DNA of 63,128 bases, the filler included, from Octopus bimaculoides (lineage: Eukaryota): the NCBI RefSeq assembly GCF_001194135.2. It is 5 parts of 5 records of this genome, joined end to end, with 100 filler letters (N's around TTAATTAATTAA, not from the genome) between each part and the next. Parts side by side here need not be neighbours in the genome. Positions count along the whole stretch, not along the records: positions 1 to 26,031 come from NC_069009.1; 4 more parts are not named here. The stretch is one strand, 5' to 3'. Within the stretch, counting starts at the first letter, position 1. Every line of letters begins with the position of its first letter. Positions 1 to 11,600 of the stretch are shown piece by piece. The notes beneath the pieces were generated by a model, which had not been told where the DNA came from, searched no databases, and worked only from the letters and a program-made list of their open reading frames with translations. A program made the translations under genes and the position numbers.

Positions 1-208
1 TACTTCCTGTTTCTGTTGTGCCTGTAATTCAAAAGGGTCAGCCTTGTCACACTGTGTCATGCTGAATATCCCCGAGAACTACGTTAAGGGTACACGTGTC
101 TGTGGAGTGCTCAGCCACTTGCATGTTAATTTCATGAGCAGGCTGTTCCGTTGATCGGATCAACTGGAACCCTCGTCGTCGTAAGCGACGGAGTGCCAAC
201 ACACAACA
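1..208 (+). mobile_element. 3' half of tRNA-derived SINE family A (ends GGAGTGCCAAC + AAC-type tail)
   Basis: Near-identical to the corresponding parts of the copies at 41463-41792, 22474-22780 and 57991-58382; truncated by the window edge. Confidence 0.9.
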
Positions 209-233
209 TACTATAGATACACTATGTCTGAAT

Positions 234-690
234 AAAAGGTGGGATGGTCACAGTTGGAACATCTTTGATCATAGGTCTACTGAATTAAGACTGACCTGGT
301 CAATTGTGATCTAGTAGAGCTATGATTAAAGTTGTTCCGGCTATGAGCATCTCGACCTTTATACACACATTTATAATGGTATTTAAGATGGGGAGGTCAC
401 GGCCGATACATCTTTGATCGTCGGTCTGCTGGAAAGGACTGACCTGGGACTAAGACAAAAGAATAAATATAGTCACAAATAATAACAATTATACTGTACA
501 TTAAATAATGTAGTCCTCGATACACTATGCTTAAATAAAAGATGGGATGGTCACAGTTGGAACATTTTTGATCGTATATCTGCTGGGTAAGGGCTGACCT
601 AAACGATAACTATAGCCACTAACACTAACTACAGTACTAAACTTTACATAATGTAGTCCTCGATACCTAAGGCTAAACAACAACGGTAAT
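234..690. repeat. Four diverged copies of a ~65-85 bp module (three direct, one inverted)
   Basis: GATGGTCACAGTTGGAACATCTTTGATC..CTGACC recurs at ~234, ~385 and ~535 on plus and inverted at 299-360. Confidence 0.8.
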
Positions 691-757
691 AACAAAAGAA
701 AACACGCACAGACTAAGGAACATCTCCGTGGCTGTATCACATGCTAGAAATGGCCGT

Positions 758-975
758 CAACGGCGGCGAGCTGGCAGAATCGTTAGCACGCCGGGCGAAA
801 TGCTTAGCGGTTTTTCGTCTGCCGTTACGTTCTGTGTTCAAATTCCATCGCGGTTGACTTTGCCTTTCATCCTTTTCGGGGTCGATTAAATAAGTACCAG
901 TTACGCACTGGGGTTGATGTAATCGACTTAATCCATTTGACTGTCCTCGTTTGTCCCCTCTATGTTTAGCCCCAC
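758..975 (+). mobile_element. tRNA-derived SINE family B (central CCTTTCATCCTTTCGGGGTCGAT domain, Meta-domain-like)
   Basis: GGCGGCGAGCTGGCAGAATCGTTAGC head and GTTCAAATTCC B-box-like motif; matches 2181-2402, 53497-53860 and 59950-60175. The Meta-domain label is an inference. Confidence 0.85.
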
Positions 976-1059
976 TGTAACGTAGTGGTTCGACAAAATA
1001 GAACGATAGAGGAAGTACGAGACTACAATTAAGCATTTGGATCAATTTGTCTGACTATC

Positions 1060-1190
1060 AAATCCACTCATAAGATTTTGATCGGCCAGGGGCTATAGCA
1101 GAAGACGCTTGCCCAAGGTGCGACGCAGTAGGGCTGAACCCAGAATCATATGATTGGGAAGCAAGCTTCTTACCACACAGCCAAGCCTGT
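1060..1190 (-). mobile_element. SINE family C (CORE-like), diverged
   Basis: Reverse complement matches the GGCTGTGTGGTAAG..CCTTGGGCAAG..CTATAGCC sequence of the copies at 14250 and 61118. Confidence 0.8.
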
Positions 1191-1429
1191 GGTTGTCGAT
1201 CTGTTAGCGAATACAGAAACAGGATCTGCCTACAACCCCATTCAATAACAATCACCCAAACTACAAGTAATTAAGGTAACTTATTTAATTTAATTAGTTA
1301 TCTACCTACCGACCCATTTATCTAGTTGTCTCCCTCTCTGTCTATGTACGTATACTCATCTTTGTTAGCCTGTCTATCACGGATTGTATTTATCTGTCTT
1401 TCTAACCTTCCATCTATCAGTTTCTTTAC

Positions 1430-1549
1430 TTGTCTATCTATCTATCTATCTATCTATCTGTGTGTGTGTGTGTGTGTGTGCACAGATAGCTGGCTATGCA
1501 TACACACACACACACACATAAATATACACACAGAAATAGATAGATAGAT

Positions 1550-1602
<53 letters not shown>

Positions 1603-1688
1603 CAGACAGATAGACAGACAGATAGATAGTAGATATATAGGCAGATAGATAAACAGAGAGAGAGATAGAGAGAGAGAGAGAGAACTGG

Positions 1689-1747
<59 letters not shown>

Positions 1748-1780
1748 CCAACCTACTTACCTTCCTACCTACCTACGTAT
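1430..1780. repeat. (CTAT)n, (GT)n, (GATA)n, (GA)n microsatellite cluster
   Basis: Direct inspection. Confidence 0.95.
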
Positions 1781-2145
1781 CGCTATTCTCTCATAACTCC
1801 ATTACCATTAAATATTGACATCTAAACCATCTAAAGCATCGCCAACGCTAAAACCTCCTACTCTGTCTGTTACAATATTCCCAACGTGCTTAATATCGTG
1901 TTTGACATCTCGTCATTTAGATAAATAACACCAGTGTCTCTCATGCTATAAACTAAATTTATCTGCAAACACAATACATCGACAATGCGATGGCGGATTT
2001 CTGTCGCTCGACAACGAGGATTCGGTTTGATCAGTTACGAAGGTGCGCTGGAAAGTTCTTAGGCTGACTGTGAAGGAGTGATGCTAGAGCTGTGAAATCT
2101 TGCCTGCATTAATTTCAACCCTTCTTGTTCATGACTTCATTGCTT

Positions 2146-2595
2146 AAGGCGGCGAACAGACAGAATCGTTAGCACACCAAAGGCGGCGAGATGGCAGAAT
2201 CGTTAGCACGCCGGGCGAAATGCCTAGCAGTATTTCGTCTGCCGTTACGTTCTGAGTTCAAATTCCGCCGAGGTCGTCTTTACCTTTCATCCTTTCGGGG
2301 TCGATAAATTAAGTACCAGTTACGCACTGGGGTCGATGTAATCGACTTAATCTCCTTGTTTGTCCCCTCTATGTTTAGCCCCTCGTGGGCAATAAAGAAA
2401 TAAGAATCGTTAGCACACCAAGTAATAAGGCTTAGCGACAGTTCATTCGTTTTTACGTTTTGAGTTCAAATTCCGCCGAGGTTGACTTTGTTTTTCATCT
2501 TCTCCGGGTCAATAAGTTGAGTATTGGGGTCGATGTAATCGACTTACCCACTTACCCGAACTTGCTGACCTTGTGCTAAAATTTGAAACCAATAA
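2146..2595 (+). mobile_element. Older family-B SINE interrupted by a younger family-B SINE (2181-2402), both inside the mariner
   Basis: 19-bp direct repeat AGAATCGTTAGCACACCAA at 2162-2180 and 2403-2421 flanks the inner copy. Confidence 0.85.
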
Positions 2596-2678
2596 CTGCG
2601 AGTTTTCATTCCTGGTTAACTGACATCTGATTGTTCACGGAACACTTCAAGAATAACCAGTTGCAACTTCTCTTGAAA

Positions 2679-3540
2679 ATGGACAAACTTTCGCATCGTG
2701 GTGTTATAAAGTGACTGCAGGAAAAGAGCTTACAAGGATATTCAAGCTGACATGATTACTACATTGGGGAATGATGCTCCAGCTTTTATCAACAGTGCAA
2801 AAGTGAGCAGCTGAATTTAGGAAATGAAGGATGAGTCTTGAAGATGACCCAAGGTCTGGACGTCCTGCAACGGCCACCACCGAGGAAAACATTGATCATG
2901 CCCAGTACATGGTGATGGATGACGGGTAACTGGTCATGAATCAAATAGCCAATTCTATTAGGAGAGAGTTTAGAATATTCTGCACAATGAACTGGACACG
3001 ACAGAGTATTCTGCTCGGTGGGTGCCATGTCTTCTGACACATGATCAGAAGAGCACCAGGCTGGTAACATCACGCAAAGATCTGATATTGTTTCAGGCTG
3101 ATCCAGATGGTGTCCTTGAACGCTCTCTAACTCAGGATGAGTGCTGGTTTCATCACTTTGAGTCAGTGACAAACCCTGCAATGAGAACACTCTTCCTCAC
3201 CTGCTCCAAAGAAGGACAAGGTCGTTTCATCTGCAGGGAAGGTAATGGCCTCAGTTTTTTGGAAGGCAAAAGGCGCTGTGTTTATTGACTACATTCCAAA
3301 GGGCCACACCATCAATGGAGAGAACTGTGCCAACTTGTTGAGGCAGTTACGAAAGGCTGTCGAAAGAAGACTCGTTTTATCAGGACAATGTTCGGCACAC
3401 AAGTCCTTGGATTCAAAGGCTGTTGTGCGTGACTGAGGCTCTGAACTGGTTGATCAACCTCCCTATTCTACTGATGTGGTCGCATCTGACTATCATCTGT
3501 TTCCCAACATGAAAAAACACTTGACTGAGAACCAGTAACG
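2679..3540 (+). pseudogene. Mariner transposase pseudogene with frameshifts and stops
   Basis: Peptide fragments EDDPRSGRP, WVPCLLTHDQK, LTQDECWFHHF, MASVFWKAKGAVFIDY and PPYSTDVVASDYHLFPNMK match mariner HTH and DD34D-region motifs (WVPxxL, TxDExW, YSPDLAPxD). Confidence 0.92.
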
Positions 3541-4209
3541 CATGCTTCTTCACCAATGTGATCCAAGCACTGTAGACACTGATGGAAGAAGTGTGTGGAC
3601 TGAAGGGACGCTATAAATAAACCTCATTGGTCAGCCTATGAACTTTTCAGGCGACCCTGAGCATAGATGCTCGAGCGAGCGCGCGTGTGCGTGCGAGCGC
3701 GCGTGTGCGTGCGTGCGCGTGTATATATATATATATATAATAATACAAAGAATATATATACATGTATACACACATATATGTACATACTTACATCTACATG
3801 TGTATATACATGCATATCAGGGTACAGGACGTTAGAACAATAAACTACAGACAACGGAACGAACACATAGGAAAACGGAAAGCCCCTTGGAATATCCCTT
3901 CATCAGCTGTCTCTATTCTATCTAGACGTTTCGAAATATATATATANNNNNNNNNNNNNNNNNNNNNNNNNNNNNNNNNNNNNNNNNNNNNNNNNNNNNN
4001 NNNNNNNNNNNNNNNNNNNNNNNNNNNNTGGTAAAATATCTTTTTACCCGCATCCATTTATTGCACTTGGTAATGTAATTGCCATGCAATGAAAAAACAC
4101 TAGTGTAATAATAATTGGGTATTCTTCCAGCAGTATATCGGATAGATATTATCCCTTAGTGGGTTGGATTCACAACCCCTAACTTTTTTGGATATATATA
4201 TATATATAC

Positions 4210-4240
<31 letters not shown>

Positions 4241-4351
4241 GTAAATAAAAAAAAAAACGAAGAGCAAAACACAAAAAACAAACAACAACGCGGGGACGTG
4301 GTCCATATAAAGTATTAACAGACGCTCAGGGAACGAAAGAAAGGTGGTTTT

Positions 4352-4378
4352 TACGTTTCGAACAAAGTTCTTCTTCAG
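4352..4378 (-). ncRNA. Minimal hammerhead-ribozyme motif (Penelope-type)
   Basis: Minus strand reads CUGAAGA-A-GAAC(UUU)GUUC-GAAAC-GUA. Stem II is perfect, stem III is loopless and palindromic, and stem I is only 3 bp. Confidence 0.5.
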
Positions 4379-4454
4379 AAACAGGAGACAGAGGAAAGTC
4401 CAATAAAAAGACGGAGGTGACAAAGGAACAAATGATTGTCTTATGGACTTCATT

Positions 4455-4650
4455 AGCTTACAGCTGTTTCTGTTCTGAGATGCAGTAAACTCATAGTTGA
4501 GTGTTTGAGTAACACCTTATATATATGCATCAATGTAGTTCTTTTCCCAAACTGCAGTTCATATTCAAGGCTCTGATGAAACTATAAAGTGTAACACAGG
4601 CACTCAGCTATGAGTCAACCGCGTCTTATAGCAGAAACAGCAGTAAGTTA
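4455..4650. mobile_element. Inverted-repeat element with degenerate hammerhead motifs in both arms
   Basis: 4455-4535 is a diverged reverse complement of 4570-4650. The right arm has CTGATGA (4573-4579), a CTATAA/TTATAG stem, GAAAC (4634-4638), AGCA and GTA; the left arm on minus has GAAACAGCTGTAAG. Confidence 0.6.
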
Positions 4651-5219
4651 AGGAAGTTCATAGGAGAATTCTTTATTCCTTTATCTTCTTATTTTCTCAT
4701 ATATATACATAATGAAAACGTGAAAATTTTGTAATATGTGGCACAAGAATTGAAACTCGCCGTTCACTCATTAACGGATTCTGGGGCATTAAGTGCGTAT
4801 GACTACTCGATACACGACCCCGCCTTCTGAAAGGAACACGAATCTGTCACAATTTCATCCCACCCCTAACTGATGTTATTGAGCCCTTATTTCAATCGAA
4901 TGGACTGAAACAACAAAAAGTGGAGGATCTTGTTGAAGGATGCAGTGCACTGCCCAGGCCGGGAATCGAACCCAAGCCCTTAAAATCATGACTGCTACAC
5001 CATGCTTGCTATTTGTTAGTGCCTTCATATGTCTCCGTTACTAAGAGGTGTACCTTACGTGTGTGTATGTGTATGCGCGCTTATAGCTGCCTACGTATAT
5101 GTGTATATGCGTGCATGTATCAGTCTGTGTGCATGTGTGCGCCGGTGCGTATCTACGCGCACGAACACGTATGTAAACCTGTGTATGTCTGAATGTATGT
5201 GTGTGTACGTGCGTGCGTG

Positions 5220-5263
<44 letters not shown>

Positions 5264-6109
5264 NNNNNNNNNNNNNNNNNNNNNNNNNNNNNNNNNNNNN
5301 NNNNNNNNNNNNNNNNNNNNNNNNNNNNNNNNNNNNNNNNNNNNNNNNNNNNNNNNNNNNNNNNNNNNNNNNNNNNNNNNNNNNNNNNNNNNNNNNNNNN
5401 NNNNNNNNNNNNNNNNNNNNNNNNNNNNNNNNNNNNNNNNNNNNNNNNNNNNNNNNNNNNNNNNNNNNNNNNNNNNNNNNNNNNNNNNNNNNNNNNNNNN
5501 NNNNNNNNNNNNNNNNNNNNNNNNNNNNNNNNNNNNNNNNNNNNNNNNNNNNNNNNNNNNNNNNNNNNNNNNNNNNNNNNNNNNNNNNNNNNNNNNNNNN
5601 NNNNNNNNNNNNNNNNNNNNNNNNNNNNNNNNNNNNNNNNNNNNNNNNNNNNNNNNNNNNNNNNNNNNNNNNNNNNNNNNNNNNNNNNNNNNNNNNNNNN
5701 NNNNNNNNNNNNNNNNNNNNNNNNNNNNNNNNNNNNNNNNNNNNNNNNNNNNNNNNNNNNNNNNNNNNNNNNNNNNNNNNNNNNNNNNNNNNNNNNNNNN
5801 NNNNNNNNNNNNNNNNNNNNNNNNNNNNNNNNNNNNNNNNNNNNNNNNNNNNNNNNNNNNNNNNNNNNNNNNNNNNNNNNNNNNNNNNNNNNNNNNNNNN
5901 NNNNNNNNNNNNNNNNNNNNNNNNNNNNNNNNNNNNNNNNNNNNNNNNNNNNNNNNNNNNNNNNNNNNNNNNNNNNNNNNNNNNNNNNNNNNNNNNNNNN
6001 NNNNNNNNNNNNNNNNNNNNNNNNNNNNNNNNNNNNNNNNNNNNNNNNNNNNNNNNNNNNNNNNNNNNNNNNNNNNNNNNNNNNNNNNNNNNNNNNNNNN
6101 NNNNNNNNN

Positions 6110-7070
6110 ACCACAAACACCACCACCGCCACCACTACCACAAACACCACCACCACCACCGCCATCACTACCTCCAGCACCATCAACACCATTATCACCA
6201 CCATCTACTACACCACCACCACTACCGCCATCACTACCACGACCACTATCACCGCTACCACCATCATAACCAACAAGAACACCAGCATCCCTAACTTCAC
6301 CACTGCTACTACCAACACCAACATCATGAAGAACACCACCACCATCACCATCCCCATAACCGCCTAAATCAACTTCACCAACAACAACAATACAAATATG
6401 GCCATCACCACCAACAGCAACGGCTACAACCAACCAGGATCGCCAACAACAACGCCGCCGTCAACACCACTATCACGAATATAAATATCAACAACAACAA
6501 CAAGAACTGCAACGCCACCACAACCAAAACAACCATCGCCAACATACCACCACCACCATTATAACCAACTATTACTACTACCACTACAATCCATCTATTC
6601 AACCATCAATACCAAAGACCACCACAACCACCACCGCATATACCATCAATACTACAACACACCGATATCACTCTCCCTACCATCAGGACCACAACTATCA
6701 TAACCACATCCACTATCATCATCACCACCAACAACACCACCACTACCACCAGCACTACCATCATCACCACCACCACTATTACAACATCCACCACCACGAC
6801 TAGCACCACTACAACCATCACTACATCCACCCTACCATCAGCGTCACCACAAGCACCATTATCATGAATACTACCACAAACAACAACAGTACATGCAACC
6901 ATTACCTCCACAACCACCAGCACCACCACCATTCCATTTCCACCGCCACTTACGACAGATTCATCACCAACACTATCATAGCAACTAACCACCGCCATCC
7001 AATACCAAACACTAACGCCACCACCACCACCGTCAACAACCCAACCATTCACCTACTGTTATCAGTTTCG
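6110..7070. repeat. Degenerate (ACC/ACA/ATC)n trinucleotide low-complexity tract
   Basis: Direct inspection; it gives poly-Thr/His/Pro translations in several frames. Confidence 0.9.
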
Positions 7071-7242
7071 TCAACCATATTTCAAAATTATAGAAGCCAA
7101 AAACAAAGAAAGAAACAAAAAACAAGATACATGTCTATCTATCTATCTATCTACCTGTCTGTCTGTCTCTGTCTCTGTATTTATCAATCTATTCACCAAT
7201 TAATCTAGCTACCTGTCTCTCTTTCTCTCCCTCTCCCTCTAC

Positions 7243-7275
<33 letters not shown>

Positions 7276-8257
7276 NNNNNNNNNNNNNNNNNNNNNNNNN
7301 NNNNNNNNNNNNNNNNNNNNNNNNNNNNNNNNNNNNNNNNNNNNNNNNNNNNNNNNNNNNNNNNNNNNNNNNNNNNNNNNNNNNNNNNNNNNNNNNNNNN
7401 NNNNNNNNNNNNNNNNNNNNNNNNNNNNNNNNNNNNNNNNNNNNNNNNNNNNNNNNNNNNNNNNNNNNNNNNNNNNNNNNNNNNNNNNNNNNNNNNNNNN
7501 NNNNNNNNNNNNNNNNNNNNNNNNNNNNNNNNNNNNNNNNNNNNNNNNNNNNNNNNNNNNNNNNNNNNNNNNNNNNNNNNNNNNNNNNNNNNNNNNNNNN
7601 NNNNNNNNNNNNNNNNNNNNNNNNNNNNNNNNNNNNNNNNNNNNNNNNNNNNNNNNNNNNNNNNNNNNNNNNNNNNNNNNNNNNNNNNNNNNNNNNNNNN
7701 NNNNNNNNNNNNNNNNNNNNNNNNNNNNNNNNNNNNNNNNNNNNNNNNNNNNNNNNNNNNNNNNNNNNNNNNNNNNNNNNNNNNNNNNNNNNNNNNNNNN
7801 NNNNNNNNNNNNNNNNNNNNNNNNNNNNNNNNNNNNNNNNNNNNNNNNNNNNNNNNNNNNNNNNNNNNNNNNNNNNNNNNNNNNNNNNNNNNNNNNNNNN
7901 NNNNNNNNNNNNNNNNNNNNNNNNNNNNNNNNNNNNNNNNNNNNNNNNNNNNNNNNNNNNNNNNNNNNNNNNNNNNNNNNNNNNNNNNNNNNNNNNNNNN
8001 NNNNNNNNNNNNNNNNNNNNNNNNNNNNNNNNNNNNNNNNNNNNNNNNNNNNNNNNNNNNNNNNNNNNNNNNNNNNNNNNNNNNNNNNNNNNNNNNNNNN
8101 NNNNNNNNNNNNNNNNNNNNNNNNNNNNNNNNNNNNNNNNNNNNNNNNNNNNNNNNNNNNNNNNNNNNNNNNNNNNNNNNNNNNNNNNNNNNNNNNNNNN
8201 NNNNNNNNNNNNNNNNNNNNNNNNNNNNNNNNNNNNNNNNNNNNNNNNNNNNNNNNN

Positions 8258-8299
<42 letters not shown>

Positions 8300-8315
8300 C
8301 ATATGTATATATGTT

Positions 8316-8346
<31 letters not shown>

Positions 8347-8412
8347 GTCTATCAATCCATCCATCTCTATCCATCTAGATATCTATCTATTTGTCTATCG
8401 ATATTTCTACCA

Positions 8413-8448
<36 letters not shown>

Positions 8449-8612
8449 ATGCGAGTGTGCGTATGTATACGTGTTTGTGTGTGTGTGTAAACACACACAC
8501 ACACAAACCCGAGGTACTAAGGACTAAAAGCAAACACCATTATTGTTACCGCTGTTATTATTAATGTTGTTGTTGTTGTTGATAGTAGCAGCAGTAGTAG
8601 TAGTAGTAGTAG

Positions 8613-8643
<31 letters not shown>

Positions 8644-8709
8644 GCTGATGGAACCAATAATAATTGTTTTTATTATAGGTGGCCATCATCACGCCGGCAG
8701 AAGTGATCT

Positions 8710-8723
8710 GTTACCATGGTAAC
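8710..8723. promoter_or_regulatory. Perfect palindromic RFX X-box motif
   Basis: GTTACCATGGTAAC matches the established X-box consensus GTTRCCATGGYAAC; function is not demonstrated. Confidence 0.4.
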
Positions 8724-8790
8724 TAAATGATACATACGGTTGACATAGATGTGAGGGAGTGTGTATGCTTGCATCATTTTACCTGTGTAC

Positions 8791-8824
<34 letters not shown>

Positions 8825-8836
8825 AATATGTGTGTA

Positions 8837-8872
<36 letters not shown>

Positions 8873-8981
8873 TAATGCTATTATTTACTCCAAGATTTCA
8901 ATTATTTATTTATTTATTTATTTACTTGTCTATTTACAAAATGTAATTTCGAACAAACCAAACACTTGCAAGTCTGTTTAC

Positions 8982-9019
<38 letters not shown>

Positions 9020-9052
9020 ACTCACAGATATATGTATGTGTGCATACGTATG

Positions 9053-9124
<72 letters not shown>

Positions 9125-9259
9125 TATATATAGATATAGATATATGCATATATCCATACATATATGTACATACCGACATCTATATGTATACATACATGCC
9201 TATATGCATATATGCATATATATAGAGGGAGACAGACAGACAGAGAGGGCGGAGAGAAT

Positions 9260-9956
9260 GTTATTAGTGAGGGATTATCAATCCTGGTAAAATACTTTGT
9301 AAGCTCTTTTAGTAAACCAGGCTAACAATATTGTCTTTCTTTTGGTCTTTCTCTGCTCCTCGGCTCACCACACTGGGGATACTCCCGTTTTGCTGCTAGT
9401 TGTATAGACTGTTGTCAAGACGTCTCCAAACAAATGTGCCATATGACAATGAAACTCGTAGGGCAGACCGTTCAAGCCCGGCGACTTGTCTCGCGCGCAG
9501 CCTGCCATCGCATTCCGTACGTCAGCGGCTGTAATGGGACTTTCACAACACTCCACTGCTCTTGCTAAGAGTCGTGACAGGCCATGCAGGTAAGCACTAA
9601 AGTATATCCTGCGTACCGATCACCAGTTGTCCCGAACAGTTGGTCAAAGTGTTGCTGAAAGGCCTCACGCGTCCTTTCGGGCTCGAGTAATTCGCACCCC
9701 TGTTGATCTATCAAAGACCGAATGGTAGATTTGCTGCCACGTTGCGCCTCCGCTACCCGGGTTTCTCGGGCGGCTCCAATTCCTTCGTTTCTAAGGGCTC
9801 GCATCCTAGGTCTAACAACGCAACCTTCGTGTTTGGCGTTGAAGTGTTGGTCAAGGGCCAGCACGATCGATGGTAGTGATGCCACTTCTAAGTGCCTCTT
9901 CTAATTTCTTAACTAGGTCTCCCTTTATTCTATTTTGATCTATCGTTAAAGCCTTG
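9260..9956 (-). mobile_element. Tx1/L1-clade LINE ORF2 fragment (post-endonuclease linker to RT start)
   Basis: Peptides LDQHFNAKHEGCVVRPRMR, EAFQQHFDQLF and ITAADVRNAMAGCARDKSPGLNGLPYEF match the KSPGxDGLPxEFY motif. Confidence 0.85.
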
Positions 9957-11120
9957 GGATCTTTTTTAAAACGGGAGCCACATTTTTCATTAACGAAACA
10001 CTTTGAAACTTGGAACACTGGTAGAATGTGTCATATAAAACATCTTTTTCTCTTAGTCTTCTTAAAAAAAAAGAAATCCATTAAGTTATTCCATGTTAAA
10101 GTNNNNNNNNNNNNNNNNNNNNNNNNNNNNNNNNNNNNNNNNNNNNNNNNNNNNNNNNNNNNNNNNNNNNNNNNNNNNNNNNNNNNNNNNNNNNNNNNNN
10201 NNNNNNNNNNNNNNNNNNNNNNNNNNNNNNNNNNNNNNNNNNNNNNNNNNNNNNNNNNNNNNNNNNNNNNNNNNNNNNNNNNNNNNNNNNNNNNNNNNNN
10301 NNNNNNNNNNNNNNNNNNNNNNNNNNNNNNNNNNNNNNNNNNNNNNNNNNNNNNNNNNNNNNNNNNNNNNNNNNNNNNNNNNNNNNNNNNNNNNNNNNNN
10401 NNNNNNNNNNNNNNNNNNNNNNNNNNNNNNNNNNNNNNNNNNNNNNNNNNNNNNNNNNNNNNNNNNNNNNNNNNNNNNNNNNNNNNNNNNNNNNNNNNNN
10501 NNNNNNNNNNNNNNNNNNNNNNNNNNNNNNNNNNNNNNNNNNNNNNNNNNNNNNNNNNNNNNNNNNNNNNNNNNNNNNNNNNNNNNNNNNNNNNNNNNNN
10601 NNNNNNNNNNNNNNNNNNNNNNNNNNNNNNNNNNNNNNNNNNNNNNNNNNNNNNNNNNNNNNNNNNNNNNNNNNNNNNNNNNNNNNNNNNNNNNNNNNNN
10701 NNNNNNNNNNNNNNNNNNNNNNNNNNNNNNNNNNNNNNNNNNNNNNNNNNNNNNNNNNNNNNNNNNNNNNNNNNNNNNNNNNNNNNNNNNNNNNNNNNNN
10801 NNNNNNNNNNNNNNNNNNNNNNNNNNNNNNNNNNNNNNNNNNNNNNNNNNNNNNNNNNNNNNNNNNNNNNNNNNNNNNNNNNNNNNNNNNNNNNNNNNNN
10901 NNNNNNNNNNNNNNNNNNNNNNNNNNNNGTGTGTGTATGTGTGTGTGCGTATGTCTTTGTGTGTTGGGTGAGGAGAATATTTCTTTGCGTGTTTTCGTTA
11001 TATTGATGTTAGATTTTCAGTGCGTTTTAGATAAATATACGAAGTTTGAAAGTCTTTCCGTACCAAAAACACTACGTAAAACATTAATGAAAAATGTGGC
11101 CTCCGTTTTAAAATAGATCC
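9957..11120. mobile_element. Non-autonomous DNA transposon (MITE) with ~36-bp TIRs and 8-bp TSD, inserted into the Tx1 LINE; interior mostly gap
   Basis: TIRs GGATCTTTTTTAAAACGGGAGCCACATTTTTCATTAA and TTAATGAAAAATGTGGCCTCCGTTTTAAAATAGATCC; TSD AAGCCTTG at 9949-9956 and 11121-11128. GG termini with an 8-bp TSD suggest Merlin (inference). Confidence 0.9.
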
Positions 11121-11375
11121 AAGCCTTGCAATACCTAACCGATTCTGCTTTAATTTCCCTCTTCAAGGCAAACCACCATTAGTTGCTGACGATGACTCCC
11201 GCCAACGCCCTCCTAACTAATGTGCTAATCCGGTCTCTGTAAGCCTGTCGCGCCTAGAGCGACGCGTTCAGCTTCCAGTATCCGGGACCCTGCCTGTGAT
11301 TTTTATCTAAGTCGAACGTACAGGTCACGAATTTGTGATCTGTGTAGCTGACTGTGAAATTGTGGACAACCTACA
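11121..11375 (-). mobile_element. Tx1/L1-clade ORF2 fragment (end of the AP endonuclease), continuous with 9260-9956
   Basis: Peptide VSYTDHKFVTCTFDLDKNHRQGPGYWKLNAS carries the (S/T)DH and GPGYWKLN motifs. Confidence 0.88.
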
Positions 11376-11376
11376 C

Positions 11377-11600
11377 TAGGAGTGGCTGTGTGGTAAGTAG
11401 CTTGCTTACCAACCACATGGTNNNNNNNNNNTATATACGAGAGGGTTCTTTTCAGTTTCCGTCTACCAAATCCACGCACAAAGCTTTGGTTAGCCTAAGG
11501 TTATAGCAGAAGACATTCGCCAAGGTGTAACGCAAAGGGACTGAAGCTGGAACAATGTGGTTGGCAAGCAACCTACTTACCACAGAGCCATGCCTGCGCT
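11377..11600. mobile_element. Two family-C SINE pieces: plus-strand head at 11377-11421 and minus-strand copy at ~11435-11600
   Basis: Sequence match to the copies at 14250 and 61118. Confidence 0.8.

Larger units (their letters stand above)
2036..3660 (+). mobile_element. Decayed mariner (Tc1/mariner) DNA transposon
   Basis: TA then CGAAGGTGCGCTGGAAAGTTCTTAGGCTGAC at 2036-2068; imperfect inverted copy GTCAGCCTATGAACTTTTCAGGCGACCCT at ~3630-3658; transposase relics lie between them. Confidence 0.9.

Noticed and set aside
3880-3935. Minus-strand GAAACGTC...CTGATGA as a type II hammerhead
   Set aside because: No stem I hairpin can be formed between the GUC triplet and the CUGAUGA box.
5029-7208. 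Long His/Thr/Pro/Val-rich ORFs resembling a mucin
   Set aside because: They are translations of N gaps and degenerate ACC/ACA repeats, open in many frames on both strands, with no splice or domain evidence.
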